A DNA stretch of 64,000 nucleotides from a virus (Duplodnaviria; Heunggongvirae; Uroviricota; Caudoviricetes), in IMG/VR virus record IMGVR_UViG_3300008107_000053. One strand, given 5' to 3'. The position numbers and the translations under genes are program-made. This document shows positions 10,801 through 19,981 of this stretch, piece after piece; within the stretch, counting starts at the first letter, position 1; the number at the start of each line of letters is the position of its first letter. The notes under the pieces were generated by a model. That model worked only from the letters and a program-made list of their open reading frames with translations. It did no database searches and was not told the DNA's origin.

Positions 10801-12687
10801 TGGACAGCAGAGCAAACTATAGATATGAAGTTCAAACTAAACAAAGCTGTGTTTTTAACTAACACAGTTAGTAACGTTGCTTTTGAAAATTCAAACGTAG
10901 CTGATTCTACTCTTGACGAAAATCCTTTGTTGTTTACAGCAGGTTCTAGAAAAGTTAGAGTTTCTCATGACAACCATGGCATGAACACAGATTCAGTTGT
11001 AGCTATTAAAGCACTGCCACCTGTAGCAATTGGTGAGATTTACAGTGCAACTAATTCTGCAATCGTTTCTGGTATTGGAACTAAATTCGCAACTACCAAT
11101 GGTATTGTACCAGGTGCGATTATTTACAGAGAAGATGGTAAAGTTATCGGTGAAGTTCTGTCTGTTGCTAGCGATACTCAGCTTACACTAAAGGCTAATT
11201 CAAAGTCTAACTATGGTGTTATATCAAACACTGAACCTTTTAGATTCATGAATCCATTAAATGGGGTTTCACCTAATGAAATCTTTAAGGTAGATGCAAA
11301 CGGCAATTACTTGACGCACAATGTAGATTCTGTTGAACTAGACAGCTATGTTATCACTATTGGTAGCGATAATTTACAGTCAACTTTAAACACTTCTTCT
11401 ACTACAGTTACACTTTCTACTGGCGATACATCTAATATGTTTGCTGGTCAGCCAGTTATAAAGACAAGCGGTACTGGAGTTTTTTCTACAACTGCTACAG
11501 TCACAGTTGCTTCCATAACAAACTCTACAACATTCGTGTTGAGTGTCGCCCCAGAAACAAACGGTGCGGTTGTGTTCTCTGTAGGTGACATTCCTACAGT
11601 CACTGGCAAGAGTGGTGGTGTTGGAGTAATGGCATCCAGAGATGTTCCATATGACATGTTTAATCCATCTATAAACATTGAAAACTATACTGGAACAAAC
11701 AGCATTATTACATATCAAGGTGTTACTGGAAAGAGTATGGATGGAGCTCAAACTCCATATCTAACCTTCTCTAATGCTAACCTACCTTACGTGAATACAT
11801 TCAGTATCACTCCTGGTGAGGATAATTATACCCCTGTTCCTATGGTTATTGCTTCTAGAGAAAACTCTGTTGCAAAAGGTTTGAACCTGTCTACGTTATC
11901 ATCTTTGAGAAATACTGCAGTTATCAATGCTGAGCTTATTACAACTAATCCAGATTTATCACCTATCATTAATATTGAAAACGTAGCTATCACTGCAGTC
12001 TCTAACAAGACAAACAAGCCAACCACCTCTATGAATATCGATCCTATTGATTACATAGAAGTAGTTTCGGATGATCCAGGCATTGTGTTTAATGGCACTG
12101 GCGTTATGGTTATAGAAGATGCAGGGCTGCGCCAAGCTATTGCTGGTATAATTTCTGGACAGTATATTCAAATTTCTGGTTCTAGCGTTACTCAAAATAA
12201 TGGAACTTGGTTTGTAACTGATGTTGATCCAGAAGGAAATACACTAACAGTTCAAGGAACACTAGATGCTAAAGCAGCATCTGATACTATTACTATTAAA
12301 GCACTGGATCGTTACTTCTCAGAACGAACACCAGTTGGTAGTTCTAGCATTAACAAGTATGTTACTCGCAAGCTGAAGTTTGCAAACCCTTGCACTTCAA
12401 TTAAGATCAAGTTTGATGCTGACGTTCCACCAGCAGCAGATATTGGAGTATACTACAAATTGAACCCAACTGGAACTGAAACAGACTTTAACTTTGTAGA
12501 ATATGAAGATGCCAGAACAACAGTTCCTGCAAATTTAAAGAGTAAAGATTCTGCATTCTTTGAGCATGAGATTGATCTAGATGACTTGCCATCGTTTGAT
12601 GCGATAACAGTTAAACTTGTTATGACATCTACAGATTCTACACAGATCCCTAGAATTTCTGACCTTCGAATAATTGCTCTTGCTTAA
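4882..12687 (+). CDS. giant virion structural protein (2601 aa), putative baseplate-wedge/fibre component
   Basis: 7.8-kb uninterrupted ORF with SD AAGAAGG. N-terminal 'YYDDFDENKKFLKILFRPGYGVQARELNQLQ' region is followed by multiple ~45-aa 'YYV...TF.IS.TSGG' repeats shared with other giant ORFs here. Confidence 0.6.
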   Translation: MTINFNAEPYYDDFDENKKFLKILFRPGYGVQARELNQLQSILQSQISRVGDHLFKEGSVIIPGEIGFDTSLSHVKLTPTVGTSGTDGFLPALVGNILVGQTTGVRAKVLTYTTKTSTDPSMVYVKYINSGTNGTTKVFAASETLVSEETGVTVTVQSSAATGVSSGATIQQGVFYVKKNFVLVEAQTIVIDKYSKTPTAKICLEIVEDTVTPEEDETLLDNAAGSYNYSAPGAHRYTISLNLVKKSYDFTIDEGTNFIEILRVKNGNIEYLVNKTLYNELEHTLARRTYDESGNYIVKNFPINIKEFRNNDRGTYAVNKPYLANDIVAHTTTGGVKSFYRALNTGFSDSNTTPQSTASSTGIVVWQQVSVPPYNNGVYTAPSTYTTTTQHEADEAKLAVGLGAGKGYIFGYEVETKSTFYTPLSKARATSNEQDLLFPTDLGQYIVVQNVNAFPDVSTYPEVLLYEDPTVTLGVSSGVKRGSARIRAIEYESGAIGTSQARYKVFLFNVVMDVVPNTNGRRYSITNRVKQIVIPATTTTATFTADVSLNAVQTSGTVIVNGTSVFGTGTSFTTEYEVGEYVYINGIYARVETVVSNTAMTLSTNVSGTTSITVDGSNAALFDLTNDIISSTAHGLTTGAEVSYDAGAIVTLSTNSISVDTTTDVITVPSTTGLSAGKVIRFGTNIAGIAASKFYYVKTVPNGTTFTISETSGGATLDLTPEVTKNVTSLVPSTNVITLSDVTSIADTDKIRFSGTTFGGIVAGTDYFVKGAPVGNTIKISTTSGGTEFDITAVTTTATAVEKTTNFVTVSSVAGMAVGNSITLSGTAFGGLAAAQYWIRSIDAAAKKITISTSSTGSVVVFANTVTGSMTVTLDTVATSMTVSEAIVAKTSSLTFDANAIAGLVNGRSYFVFAGTTATPTPNTFVLYDSRTGAETGSTLGRVNITAVGTGTAHKFTRNTTSGVKVEKAFRPLVNAGATSLIFRLPYPFIKNVSDVRYTVSRTYVGTIASGSVAVSCDLPYQFTDPNATGSYQIVSRTTGNYLTYSGATRSNNNTTIVFGGLSSNNGQQVLIQTTLGVSANNLRIKTLKSATHTVTSKTIGESKAIYTGKADGIRVVSVKMDTGSWGQPSGLYTTDITSRFNFVTNQTDSYYGISFIQLKDGQPKPTAPIRIVFEYYEHSGSGDFFSVRSYDGIPYQTIPVYNGLSLADCIDFRPKVTDNFTGAVVFTDDETLMPKFGTDMVLDLEYYLGKKCKVFMDRTGRVTISEGASTLVNQPSAPEISDNILLYNIQLQPYTFGTSSENILIAGVDNKRYTMADIGKLERRINNLEYYTSLSLLESETQNLTIRDADGLEKFKNGFVVDNFTGHAIGDTRNPDYLNSIDFDSRILRPFFVQDQIPFVEVASSNNDRAARNYALTGKYITLPFTETKYVDQLRSSSSEKINPFAFFTFLGSMTITPASDTWFAVERRPDIIVEEKEGNYNTVKNLAEKAGVLGTIWGAWSINWAGRTENVLSSKTYAARTVGGGNFAGGWGINGNSFTVSTVQVSTPKSRKGTETYVKSIYEERVLEDKILSTTILPYMRSRRLAVQTKSLKGGTVFYPFFDGRNIQQYCTPAEKIIFNARTGKSTEFDTVSRAGNNYSETARLFAGDSTDLAISVGDVLVEYNSLGTVATGVTAVVVGWEKYEAGPDAGKYAVYVVNRKYPVNAATTGFGVGNVIKGTLSEAEGTIVSATTAKAGGELRTSLQGSLHFIFHVPNTDAVKFNTGSNELALLDVETYDKKSSTSSATKAFTASGVYQERQNQIQRIRNGELATKQVDDFGNDLSDPETRFSNSPGWYDPLAQTFLVQETNGVFVTSVDLYFYKKDVSAPVIVEIREVVNGYPGKNVLTTAKTQIAASQILTSDNASVATNVKFPSPTYLNGNTEYCIVLMSNSDIPEIFVAKQGELSKEDGSQIDKQPYMGVFFKSQNASTWTAEQTIDMKFKLNKAVFLTNTVSNVAFENSNVADSTLDENPLLFTAGSRKVRVSHDNHGMNTDSVVAIKALPPVAIGEIYSATNSAIVSGIGTKFATTNGIVPGAIIYREDGKVIGEVLSVASDTQLTLKANSKSNYGVISNTEPFRFMNPLNGVSPNEIFKVDANGNYLTHNVDSVELDSYVITIGSDNLQSTLNTSSTTVTLSTGDTSNMFAGQPVIKTSGTGVFSTTATVTVASITNSTTFVLSVAPETNGAVVFSVGDIPTVTGKSGGVGVMASRDVPYDMFNPSINIENYTGTNSIITYQGVTGKSMDGAQTPYLTFSNANLPYVNTFSITPGEDNYTPVPMVIASRENSVAKGLNLSTLSSLRNTAVINAELITTNPDLSPIINIENVAITAVSNKTNKPTTSMNIDPIDYIEVVSDDPGIVFNGTGVMVIEDAGLRQAIAGIISGQYIQISGSSVTQNNGTWFVTDVDPEGNTLTVQGTLDAKAASDTITIKALDRYFSERTPVGSSSINKYVTRKLKFANPCTSIKIKFDADVPPAADIGVYYKLNPTGTETDFNFVEYEDARTTVPANLKSKDSAFFEHEIDLDDLPSFDAITVKLVMTSTDSTQIPRISDLRIIALA

Positions 12688-12689
12688 TT

Positions 12690-12914
12690 ATGGAACTGTT
12701 AAAGGTTGAAAACCATGAGGGTCTCTATCGAGACCCTACAACTAATGTTATTATAAATAACAATAGCAAAGCATATACAGAATATGTTAAACGCAGACAA
12801 CTGCTAGAGAAAAAACAACAAGAGTCAATTTCTAGAGATCAAGAAATTGAAGGTCTTAAACGTGATATCGCAGAAATAAAAAAGATGCTTTTAGATGCAC
12901 TCGATAAAAGGTAA
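12690..12914 (+). CDS. small coiled-coil protein (74 aa)
   Basis: Starts 3 nt after the upstream stop. Charged heptad-like sequence (QLLEKKQQESISRDQEIEGLKRDIAEIKKML). Confidence 0.4.
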   Translation: MELLKVENHEGLYRDPTTNVIINNNSKAYTEYVKRRQLLEKKQQESISRDQEIEGLKRDIAEIKKMLLDALDKR

Positions 12915-12917
12915 CAA

Positions 12918-15149
12918 ATGCCATTAGTATTAAGAACAGCTGTAGGTAGAACTACTCCGTTATCCAACACTGAGTTGGATGGCAATTTCACCTATCTAGA
13001 ATCATATACTGCTACAAAACTTAGCTCAGCAGATTATAACTATCTTACAATAAGATCAAACTTAAACGCTGCTCCAACAAGTGGTGCTAATAGAGGATAT
13101 GAGTCTGGTTTAGATGTTAGATACTTGCAAGGTCATGAGCCAAACAACGTATTACCTAGCATAACGAATAAGAGTTCGATTGTACTACGTGATGCAAATG
13201 GAGACTTTACTGCTCGTTATATAACTGCATCCTCTTTCGAAGGTAGATCTACAACATCTGGTGTGGCTGAACAAGCTACTAAACTACAAACCGCAAGAAA
13301 AATTAACGATGTAAATTTTGATGGCACAGCAGCTATCACCATTTATGATAAAACAAAGTTACCTTTAACTACACAATTTGTAGCGACTGCAGTAACTATT
13401 GGTGTCACATACATTATCGATGAAGTAGGTTCAACAAACTGGGTTGCTATGGGTGCAGCAGCCAGTACTGCTGGTCTTATATTCACATGTACTGCAGTAG
13501 GTGCTGGAACTGGTAAGTGTTCTACAGTAATGTTAGACAAACTAAACCTTGCAGCAACTACAACTGCAAGAGCCAGTATTAGATTGAATCATGGAACTGC
13601 TCCTACTACTCCACTTAATGGTGATTTTTGGACAACTACTGCTGGGCAGTTTAACTACATAAACGGAAACGTAAAAACTGTTGCGTATACAGATTCAAAC
13701 ATAACTGGAACATCTAGCAATATCACTGGAGTTGCAGCAATTGCAAACGGTGGTACTGGAAAAACTACAGTAGCTGAAGGGCGTGCTGCATTAGATGCAG
13801 CAAAACGTGGTGCCAACTCTGACATCACATCTATTACAGGATTGACTACTGCACTGGCTACTAGTCAAGGCGGTACTGGAATGGGATCTCCTGGAAATAC
13901 TGGAAACATTCTTATTAGTGATGGATCTATATGGACTACAGCTAAACCATCAGGTAAGTGGGATATATCTATCTCTGGTAATGCTGATACTGCTACAATA
14001 TTAGTATCTAGAGATTCAAGAGATGATGTAACGACTCCAAGCACATTAACTGCCCCTGGCATTGTTTTTGACTTTAAGAAAAATTCGTCTTCAGAATTAA
14101 CTGATGGTGGAGACTACCATGGTCTAATGACTTTCCGTAAATATGGTGCAACAACAGATTGGACAGGTGGTAAATCTCATCAACTTGGATTCACTGATAA
14201 CAATAACTTGTTTATTAGAAGCGGTACTTTAGCCACTTGGGGTGCTTGGCACAAGTTTGTTACAAGTGATAACATTGATGATTATGCTCCATCAAAGACT
14301 GGTAGTGGTGCTTCTGGCACATGGAGTATTAACGTATCAGGAACTGCTGCGTCAGCAGGTACTGCTACATCAGCTAGTTCTGCTACTCTAGCAGCTAGTG
14401 CAACTAAGCTAGCAAACAAAAGAAAAATCAATGGTGTAGATTTTGACGGTACTGCAGATATTACAATTTCTGACTCTAATGCACTCGCAAACGATGGTGG
14501 TACTTCTACTGGCAATATCACAATCAAAAATACCCAACCTACATTATTTTTAGATGATACTAATTCAGAGGGTGGTGGTATTGAACTTGCTATCTCGGTT
14601 CAAAATGAAAGTTTTATCATTTATGAGCCAGATGCTAGTGATGAAGAGTGGTTTCGTATTAACGACACATCATTTGATGAACCAGCTGGTGGTCCTGCTG
14701 GCGCCTATGTGCGTGGACAACATATCTTAGATGCAAGCAATTACACTACCTATGTTCCATCAAAGACTGGTAGTGGTGCTTCTGGCACATGGAGTATTAA
14801 CGTATCAGGAACTGCTGCGACAGCAACCAAACTAGCCAATGCAAGAAAAATCAACGGTGTTGCTTTTGATGGTACTCAAGATATTAGTATTAGTATTCCA
14901 ACATCCGCATTTGCTTCTGACGTTTACTCTTGGGCAAAGGAAGCTACTAAACCTAGCTATTCTTATTCTGAAATAACTGGCACTAAACCTAGCTATTCTT
15001 ATTCTGAATTGACTGGAACTGCACCAACGTTTAATCAAGACACAACTGGTAACTCGGCTAATGCACCAAAATGGGATGGAGCGAAAAAATATGTACAGTC
15101 ATCAGAACCATCTGGTGCAGCAAATGGTGATATCTGGTTTAAGGTATAA
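12918..15149 (+). CDS. tail fibre protein (743 aa) with three 'ATKL..RKINGV.FDGT..I' phage-fibre repeats
   Basis: Three copies of KINxVxFDGT, duplicated 'PSKTGSGASGTWSINVSGTAA' segments, and a terminal 36-bp tandem duplication. N-terminal 'TELDGNFTYLES' resembles the fibre N-termini of neighbouring genes. Confidence 0.6.
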   Translation: MPLVLRTAVGRTTPLSNTELDGNFTYLESYTATKLSSADYNYLTIRSNLNAAPTSGANRGYESGLDVRYLQGHEPNNVLPSITNKSSIVLRDANGDFTARYITASSFEGRSTTSGVAEQATKLQTARKINDVNFDGTAAITIYDKTKLPLTTQFVATAVTIGVTYIIDEVGSTNWVAMGAAASTAGLIFTCTAVGAGTGKCSTVMLDKLNLAATTTARASIRLNHGTAPTTPLNGDFWTTTAGQFNYINGNVKTVAYTDSNITGTSSNITGVAAIANGGTGKTTVAEGRAALDAAKRGANSDITSITGLTTALATSQGGTGMGSPGNTGNILISDGSIWTTAKPSGKWDISISGNADTATILVSRDSRDDVTTPSTLTAPGIVFDFKKNSSSELTDGGDYHGLMTFRKYGATTDWTGGKSHQLGFTDNNNLFIRSGTLATWGAWHKFVTSDNIDDYAPSKTGSGASGTWSINVSGTAASAGTATSASSATLAASATKLANKRKINGVDFDGTADITISDSNALANDGGTSTGNITIKNTQPTLFLDDTNSEGGGIELAISVQNESFIIYEPDASDEEWFRINDTSFDEPAGGPAGAYVRGQHILDASNYTTYVPSKTGSGASGTWSINVSGTAATATKLANARKINGVAFDGTQDISISIPTSAFASDVYSWAKEATKPSYSYSEITGTKPSYSYSELTGTAPTFNQDTTGNSANAPKWDGAKKYVQSSEPSGAANGDIWFKV
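14946..15017 (+). repeat. 36-bp tandem duplication (x2) inside fibre gene, encoding TKPSYSYSE(I/L)TG twice
   Basis: The first 27 nt of each unit are identical (actaaacctagctattcttattctgaa). The units diverge only in their last 9 nt. Confidence 0.8.
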
Positions 15150-15152
15150 CAA

Positions 15153-16565
15153 ATGATACAATTTCAGTATAGTGGTTACACTAGAGCAGTAACGGTTCTG
15201 AACACATCTAGAGTTTACTACACGTTAATTGGCGGTGGTGGTGGAGGAGGAGGAAACGACTCTTCTGCTGGAACTAGAGGAACTTCTGGTGGTAAACTTG
15301 GTGGATACATAGATGTTGAAAAAGATGATGTTTTATATGTAGCAGTAGGTGGTGGTGGAGGAGCAGGTGGATCTGGCAGAGGAAATGCACTTGGTGGGTA
15401 TGGAGGTTATTCTTTAAGAGGCTTCGGTGGTGGATATGGCGGTAATGCGGGTGCATATGGAAGCTCAGGTGCAGGCGGCGGTGGAGGTGGTGCCACTGTT
15501 TTATATAAAAAATCTGGAAATACAAGAACCACTATTGGAGTAGCCCACGGAGGTGGTGGAGGTGGTGGTGGTGGAAATGGAGTTCCTGGGTCATTTGTAA
15601 GCGACACTTTCTTCGCATCCTCGGCTGCAACCATTCCTTCATCATACGCCCCCGCACCACAACATGGTGAATATTCTGCAATAGCTAATAGTTATGGTGT
15701 GCAGATTTTCTCCTCTAGAAATAACACATGGAATAGACTTTCTTGGGCATATAATGCTCCTACCACTGGCACGTATACTCTTCGTTATAGTGTAGATAAC
15801 TATGGACACTTTTATGTTAATGGTTATATAGTAGCAACTTCACCAACATGGGGTAACGAAAGTGAACCTAGAAATCATTCTAGTTATGTGGAAAGTTATA
15901 TTTACTTAAACGCTGGTATTAATATACTCTCAGCAACTTATGCAGATCTAGGTCGAGAACATATGGTTGCTGCAGCAATTTATAATTCTAGCATGAATCT
16001 TGTTTGGACTACAAGAGATGCAACTAATAAAAATTTAGTTCCTACTATGGGTTCGTCTGGACAGGCACAGCGTGGAGATGGTGGCGGTGGTGGCGGTGGC
16101 GGTGGCGGGGCAACTGGCGGCGCTGGTGGTAGAGTCGCTGGCGATGAAGACTATTCGCACTATATCTATGGTGGACCAGTTGGGTCAGCAGATTGGGGTG
16201 GAATGTCTGGAAGTCCAGGATATTCCTTCAACACATCAGGTACTTCATACTCAGATGGCGCTGGTAATGGAACGATGAAACTTTCTTATGGAACATATGG
16301 TCAAGCCACAGAGAACGGATCTTCTGGTTATGCTGCGCTCTACTCTAAAGATTCTAAATTGGCTGTATTATCTGGCTCTAGTTGGAAACCTATCTACGGC
16401 GTATATATTAAACAACCAACATACTGGGCAGAAGCAAAGCAGGTTTATGTGAGAAAAGACAACGCATGGGTTAGTGTATATGGTGACAATATACCAAGCA
16501 GCGAATATTCATCGGAGCCTTTTGATGGTTCATCTTGGGGTGAACGTACATATACACAATATTAA
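15153..16565 (+). CDS. glycine-rich protein with central PA14/GLEYA-like carbohydrate-binding-like region (470 aa), putative adhesin/receptor-binding accessory
   Basis: Four hydrophobic-strand + poly-Gly blocks (YYTLIGGGGGGGG, LYVAVGGGGGAGG, IGVAHGGGGGGGGG, GDGGGGGGGGGGATGG). The middle segment 'TGTYTLRYSVDNYGHFYVNGYIV' resembles PA14-type domains. Lies in a fibre gene cluster. Confidence 0.6.
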   Translation: MIQFQYSGYTRAVTVLNTSRVYYTLIGGGGGGGGNDSSAGTRGTSGGKLGGYIDVEKDDVLYVAVGGGGGAGGSGRGNALGGYGGYSLRGFGGGYGGNAGAYGSSGAGGGGGGATVLYKKSGNTRTTIGVAHGGGGGGGGGNGVPGSFVSDTFFASSAATIPSSYAPAPQHGEYSAIANSYGVQIFSSRNNTWNRLSWAYNAPTTGTYTLRYSVDNYGHFYVNGYIVATSPTWGNESEPRNHSSYVESYIYLNAGINILSATYADLGREHMVAAAIYNSSMNLVWTTRDATNKNLVPTMGSSGQAQRGDGGGGGGGGGGATGGAGGRVAGDEDYSHYIYGGPVGSADWGGMSGSPGYSFNTSGTSYSDGAGNGTMKLSYGTYGQATENGSSGYAALYSKDSKLAVLSGSSWKPIYGVYIKQPTYWAEAKQVYVRKDNAWVSVYGDNIPSSEYSSEPFDGSSWGERTYTQY

Positions 16566-16587
16566 TATGTTTCACCAACATTTGATG

Positions 16588-16595
16588 TATAAATC
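16588..16595 (+). promoter_or_regulatory. late-promoter-like TATAAATC upstream of the 1111-aa fibre gene
   Basis: 7/8 match to TATAAATA, 38 nt upstream of the ATG at 16634, in the only sizeable intergenic gap of the fibre block. Confidence 0.35.
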
Positions 16596-16633
16596 TTAAC
16601 CTAAATAATTCTAGTACAATTTAAAGAAAAAAC

Positions 16634-19600
16634 ATGGCACAGTTAAATCTTAGAAACGCTATCGCAGCTGGATTGACAAATACCCAGATAGATAACAACT
16701 TCACGTCATTGCAAAGAGACGACACACTTACAGTTTCTAATGCTGTTGCGTGGGCACCTAGCACTGCATATACACTAGGTCAAATTCTTTATACTTTAGA
16801 ATCTGTATATCCAGGTGGTGTACAAGAATCTATGGGATTCTTGAAAACTGGCGTATCATACACAACAACTGTAGCTGCTAGAAGTAATCTTTCTACTGTT
16901 ACAATTTCAGGTACAGCTGGTCAATTTACATGCGCTACAGAAACCCTTTCTGTTGGTATGGCAGTTAACATCACTGGAACTAATACTGGAACTGGATCTA
17001 TCACAGGATACGATCCTACCGCAATTAACGTATATTATATTATTGGAACTCCGACTAGTACGACGTTTACACTTTCTGCCACTCCTGGTGGAACTGCCAT
17101 AACAACTACTGCTGGAACACCAGCAGGATTAACGTTTACCAGATCTGGCGCTTTCACTGCAGCTGGTGCGCCAAATAACTTTATTGGTACAGTCTTTACT
17201 GCAACTGGCGCTGGTGTTGGTAGCACTGGTACTGCAACTCGCGTAACTAGATTTTATCAAGTAACTACTGCTGGAACAACATCTACTACTGCACCAAACT
17301 GGTTAGCACCAACAAGTTCTACATCTGGAACTGCAACATTACTTGCTATTGATCTACCTCCAGCATATCTTCCATTAGATGTTTTAGATAAAATTAAATT
17401 AGTTGATGGTGCTGGATCTGCATTAGATGCCGACCTTTTAGATGGACAACAAGGCAGTTATTACTTAGATACTAGCGCTACTGCACAAACGAAAACAGGT
17501 GACTTGACTATTGCAGGTAACCTAACTGTTAATGGAACTACTACAACAATAAACTCATCTACCATTACAGTAGATGATAAAAATATTGAACTTGGTTCAG
17601 TTAGTGGAGTAGCAGGGCTTATTGCAACATTAGCAACTGGAACTGCAGTTGTTACATTAACTACAGGAACAACTAGAGGTTTAATTCCTGGACAAGCATT
17701 AACCAAATCAGCTGGTACAGGTGTGTTTGGCACAACTCCTGTAATTGCTACTATTGATAGCCTAACACAATTTACAGCATCTGTTAACCATGCAACGGCA
17801 GGATCAATTACGTTTGACGCTGGTGGTGTAACTGATACTACTGCCAATGGTGGTGGTATTACGCTAAGAGGTGCTACAGATAAAACATTCCAGTGGCTAA
17901 GCACTACTGCTGCATGGACTAGCAGCGAGGATATAAATCTCGTTACAGGTAAAGTCTACGAAATTAACGGAACTACAGTATTAAGTTCAACTGCTCTTGG
18001 CTCTGGCGTAACTGGTTCTTCTCTAACTTCTGTTGGAACTATTGGAACAGGAATCTGGCAAGGAACTTCTGTTGCAGCAGCATACGGTGGTACTGGACAA
18101 ACAAGTTATGCTATTGGTGATTTATTATATGCCACAAGTTCAACTGCATTAGGAAAATTAGCTGATGTAGCTACAGGAAATGCTTTACTTTCTGGTGGTG
18201 TAGCTACAGCGCCATCTTGGGGTAAAGTTGGTTTAACTACTCATGTTTCTGGAACACTTCCTATTGCTAACGGTGGTACTAATAGTACTACAACTCCAAC
18301 TAACGGTGGTGTTGCATATGGAACTGGCACTGCACTAGGTTATTCTCTAGTTGGAACTGCTGGTCAATTTTTAAAATCTGCCGCAGCAGCTGCTCCAGTA
18401 TGGGCAACTTTGCAGATGACAGATATTCCAGATGCTGCATTTAAGAAATCAGTCACGGTTGCAACTACAACAGATCTTGCAGCTAGCAGCTGGACTACAG
18501 CTGCTAGTGGAACATTAAGCGGTTATTCTGCCAGTGCTTCTCTTGCTGTTACAACTACTCTGAGTTCTACAACTGCTACTACTACAAGCACATCAGGTAT
18601 TAAAGTTGGAGCAACAATTTCTGGTAATGCGAATATTCCAGGTGGCGCAACTGTAACTGCAATAACTAACGCTACAACATTCACTCTTTCTGTAGCTGCT
18701 ACTGCAGCAGCATCGGCAGTAACTACAACATTCACAAACACTATTGCAGCTCTTTCAATTGACGGTGTTTCAGTTGCAGTAAACGATAGAGTTCTAGTTA
18801 AAGATCAATCTACTCTTGGTGGTATAGCAGATGCAACTGCAGCAGCAAAACATGGTATCTACACTGTATCTGCAATTGGGTCAGCATCAGTACCTTGGGT
18901 TTTAGTTCGTGCCGTTGATGCAGATGTAAGTAGTGAAATTTCTTCTGCCATAGTTGCTGTTGATAATGGCACCGTTAATGGTTCAGATTTATGGACTAAT
19001 ACATTTAGAGTAAGTGACACTCTCAATACCACTGCTATGAATTGGTATGAGATATTATATAATTCTGGAAGCTGGGCAATATCAACAACAGGTTCAGCTG
19101 CAACACTAACTACTTCAAGAACTCTTTGGGGGCAATCATTTAACGGATCTGCCAACGTTACAGGGGCATTGTCTAGCGTAACAACCATTGGTATGTCTGG
19201 TCAACTGACCAACACACAGGCAACTGGTAGTGCACCATTCGTGATAACTTCTACTACTAGAGTAGCTAACCTAAACGTAGCTACTGCTGGTACTGCTGAT
19301 ACACTAACTACCGCTAGAACAATTAACGGAACTAGCTTTAACGGTAGTGCAAACATTACTACCACAAACTGGGGTACTAGTAGAAACTTAACTATTGGTG
19401 GAACAGCTAAAGCAGTTGATGGTTCTGCCGCTGTGTCTTGGTCTTTGGCAGAAATTGGTGCTCTTGCTTTAACTGGTGGAACAATAGCAACAACTAACAG
19501 TTCAGCGTCATTAACTATTTCTGATACTGGAACTAGCGGTGCCAACATAAGACTGACAGGCAACGGAGCTACAACACCAAGCAAAACCATCAGAGCCTCA

Positions 19601-19969
19601 TCTGGTGAACTTCAAGTAGTAAATAATGCTTATTCAACAGTTATACTTTCATTAACTGATGCTGGAAATCTTACTGCAGTTGGTAACGTAACTGCTTATT
19701 CTGATGCTAGACTAAAGACTGATCTAGAAGTTATTACTGGTGCTCTTGATAAAGTAGAACAACTAACTGGTTATGTATACACTAGAACTGATAGTGGTGA
19801 AAGACAGACTGGTATTTTAGCTCAAGATGCATTAAAGGTTCTGCCAGAAGTCGTTAATACTAACGGTGAATACTACTCTGTTGCATACGGTAACATGGCT
19901 GGTCTTATTTTTGAAGCAATCAAAGAATTGCATGCAAAAGTTAAAGATCTTGAAACTAAAATAAAATAA
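16634..19969 (+). CDS. tail fibre/spike protein (1111 aa) with C-terminal intramolecular-chaperone (peptidase S74-type) autoproteolytic domain
   Basis: C-terminus 'YSDARLKTD...LTGYVYTRTD...GILAQDALKVLPEVV...YSVAYGNMAGLIFEAIKELHAKVKDLE' matches the conserved endosialidase-type chaperone domain (S/D cleavage site, GxxAQE, KEL). The upstream part has fibre repeats. Confidence 0.7.
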   Translation: MAQLNLRNAIAAGLTNTQIDNNFTSLQRDDTLTVSNAVAWAPSTAYTLGQILYTLESVYPGGVQESMGFLKTGVSYTTTVAARSNLSTVTISGTAGQFTCATETLSVGMAVNITGTNTGTGSITGYDPTAINVYYIIGTPTSTTFTLSATPGGTAITTTAGTPAGLTFTRSGAFTAAGAPNNFIGTVFTATGAGVGSTGTATRVTRFYQVTTAGTTSTTAPNWLAPTSSTSGTATLLAIDLPPAYLPLDVLDKIKLVDGAGSALDADLLDGQQGSYYLDTSATAQTKTGDLTIAGNLTVNGTTTTINSSTITVDDKNIELGSVSGVAGLIATLATGTAVVTLTTGTTRGLIPGQALTKSAGTGVFGTTPVIATIDSLTQFTASVNHATAGSITFDAGGVTDTTANGGGITLRGATDKTFQWLSTTAAWTSSEDINLVTGKVYEINGTTVLSSTALGSGVTGSSLTSVGTIGTGIWQGTSVAAAYGGTGQTSYAIGDLLYATSSTALGKLADVATGNALLSGGVATAPSWGKVGLTTHVSGTLPIANGGTNSTTTPTNGGVAYGTGTALGYSLVGTAGQFLKSAAAAAPVWATLQMTDIPDAAFKKSVTVATTTDLAASSWTTAASGTLSGYSASASLAVTTTLSSTTATTTSTSGIKVGATISGNANIPGGATVTAITNATTFTLSVAATAAASAVTTTFTNTIAALSIDGVSVAVNDRVLVKDQSTLGGIADATAAAKHGIYTVSAIGSASVPWVLVRAVDADVSSEISSAIVAVDNGTVNGSDLWTNTFRVSDTLNTTAMNWYEILYNSGSWAISTTGSAATLTTSRTLWGQSFNGSANVTGALSSVTTIGMSGQLTNTQATGSAPFVITSTTRVANLNVATAGTADTLTTARTINGTSFNGSANITTTNWGTSRNLTIGGTAKAVDGSAAVSWSLAEIGALALTGGTIATTNSSASLTISDTGTSGANIRLTGNGATTPSKTIRASSGELQVVNNAYSTVILSLTDAGNLTAVGNVTAYSDARLKTDLEVITGALDKVEQLTGYVYTRTDSGERQTGILAQDALKVLPEVVNTNGEYYSVAYGNMAGLIFEAIKELHAKVKDLETKIK

Positions 19970-19981
19970 ATAGAAGGTAAC

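Noticed and set aside
15407-15634. Polyproline ORF (PPPPPPPPPW) on minus strand
   Set aside because: Exact reverse complement of the poly-Gly (GGN)n tracts of the + strand Gly-rich gene. Artefact.
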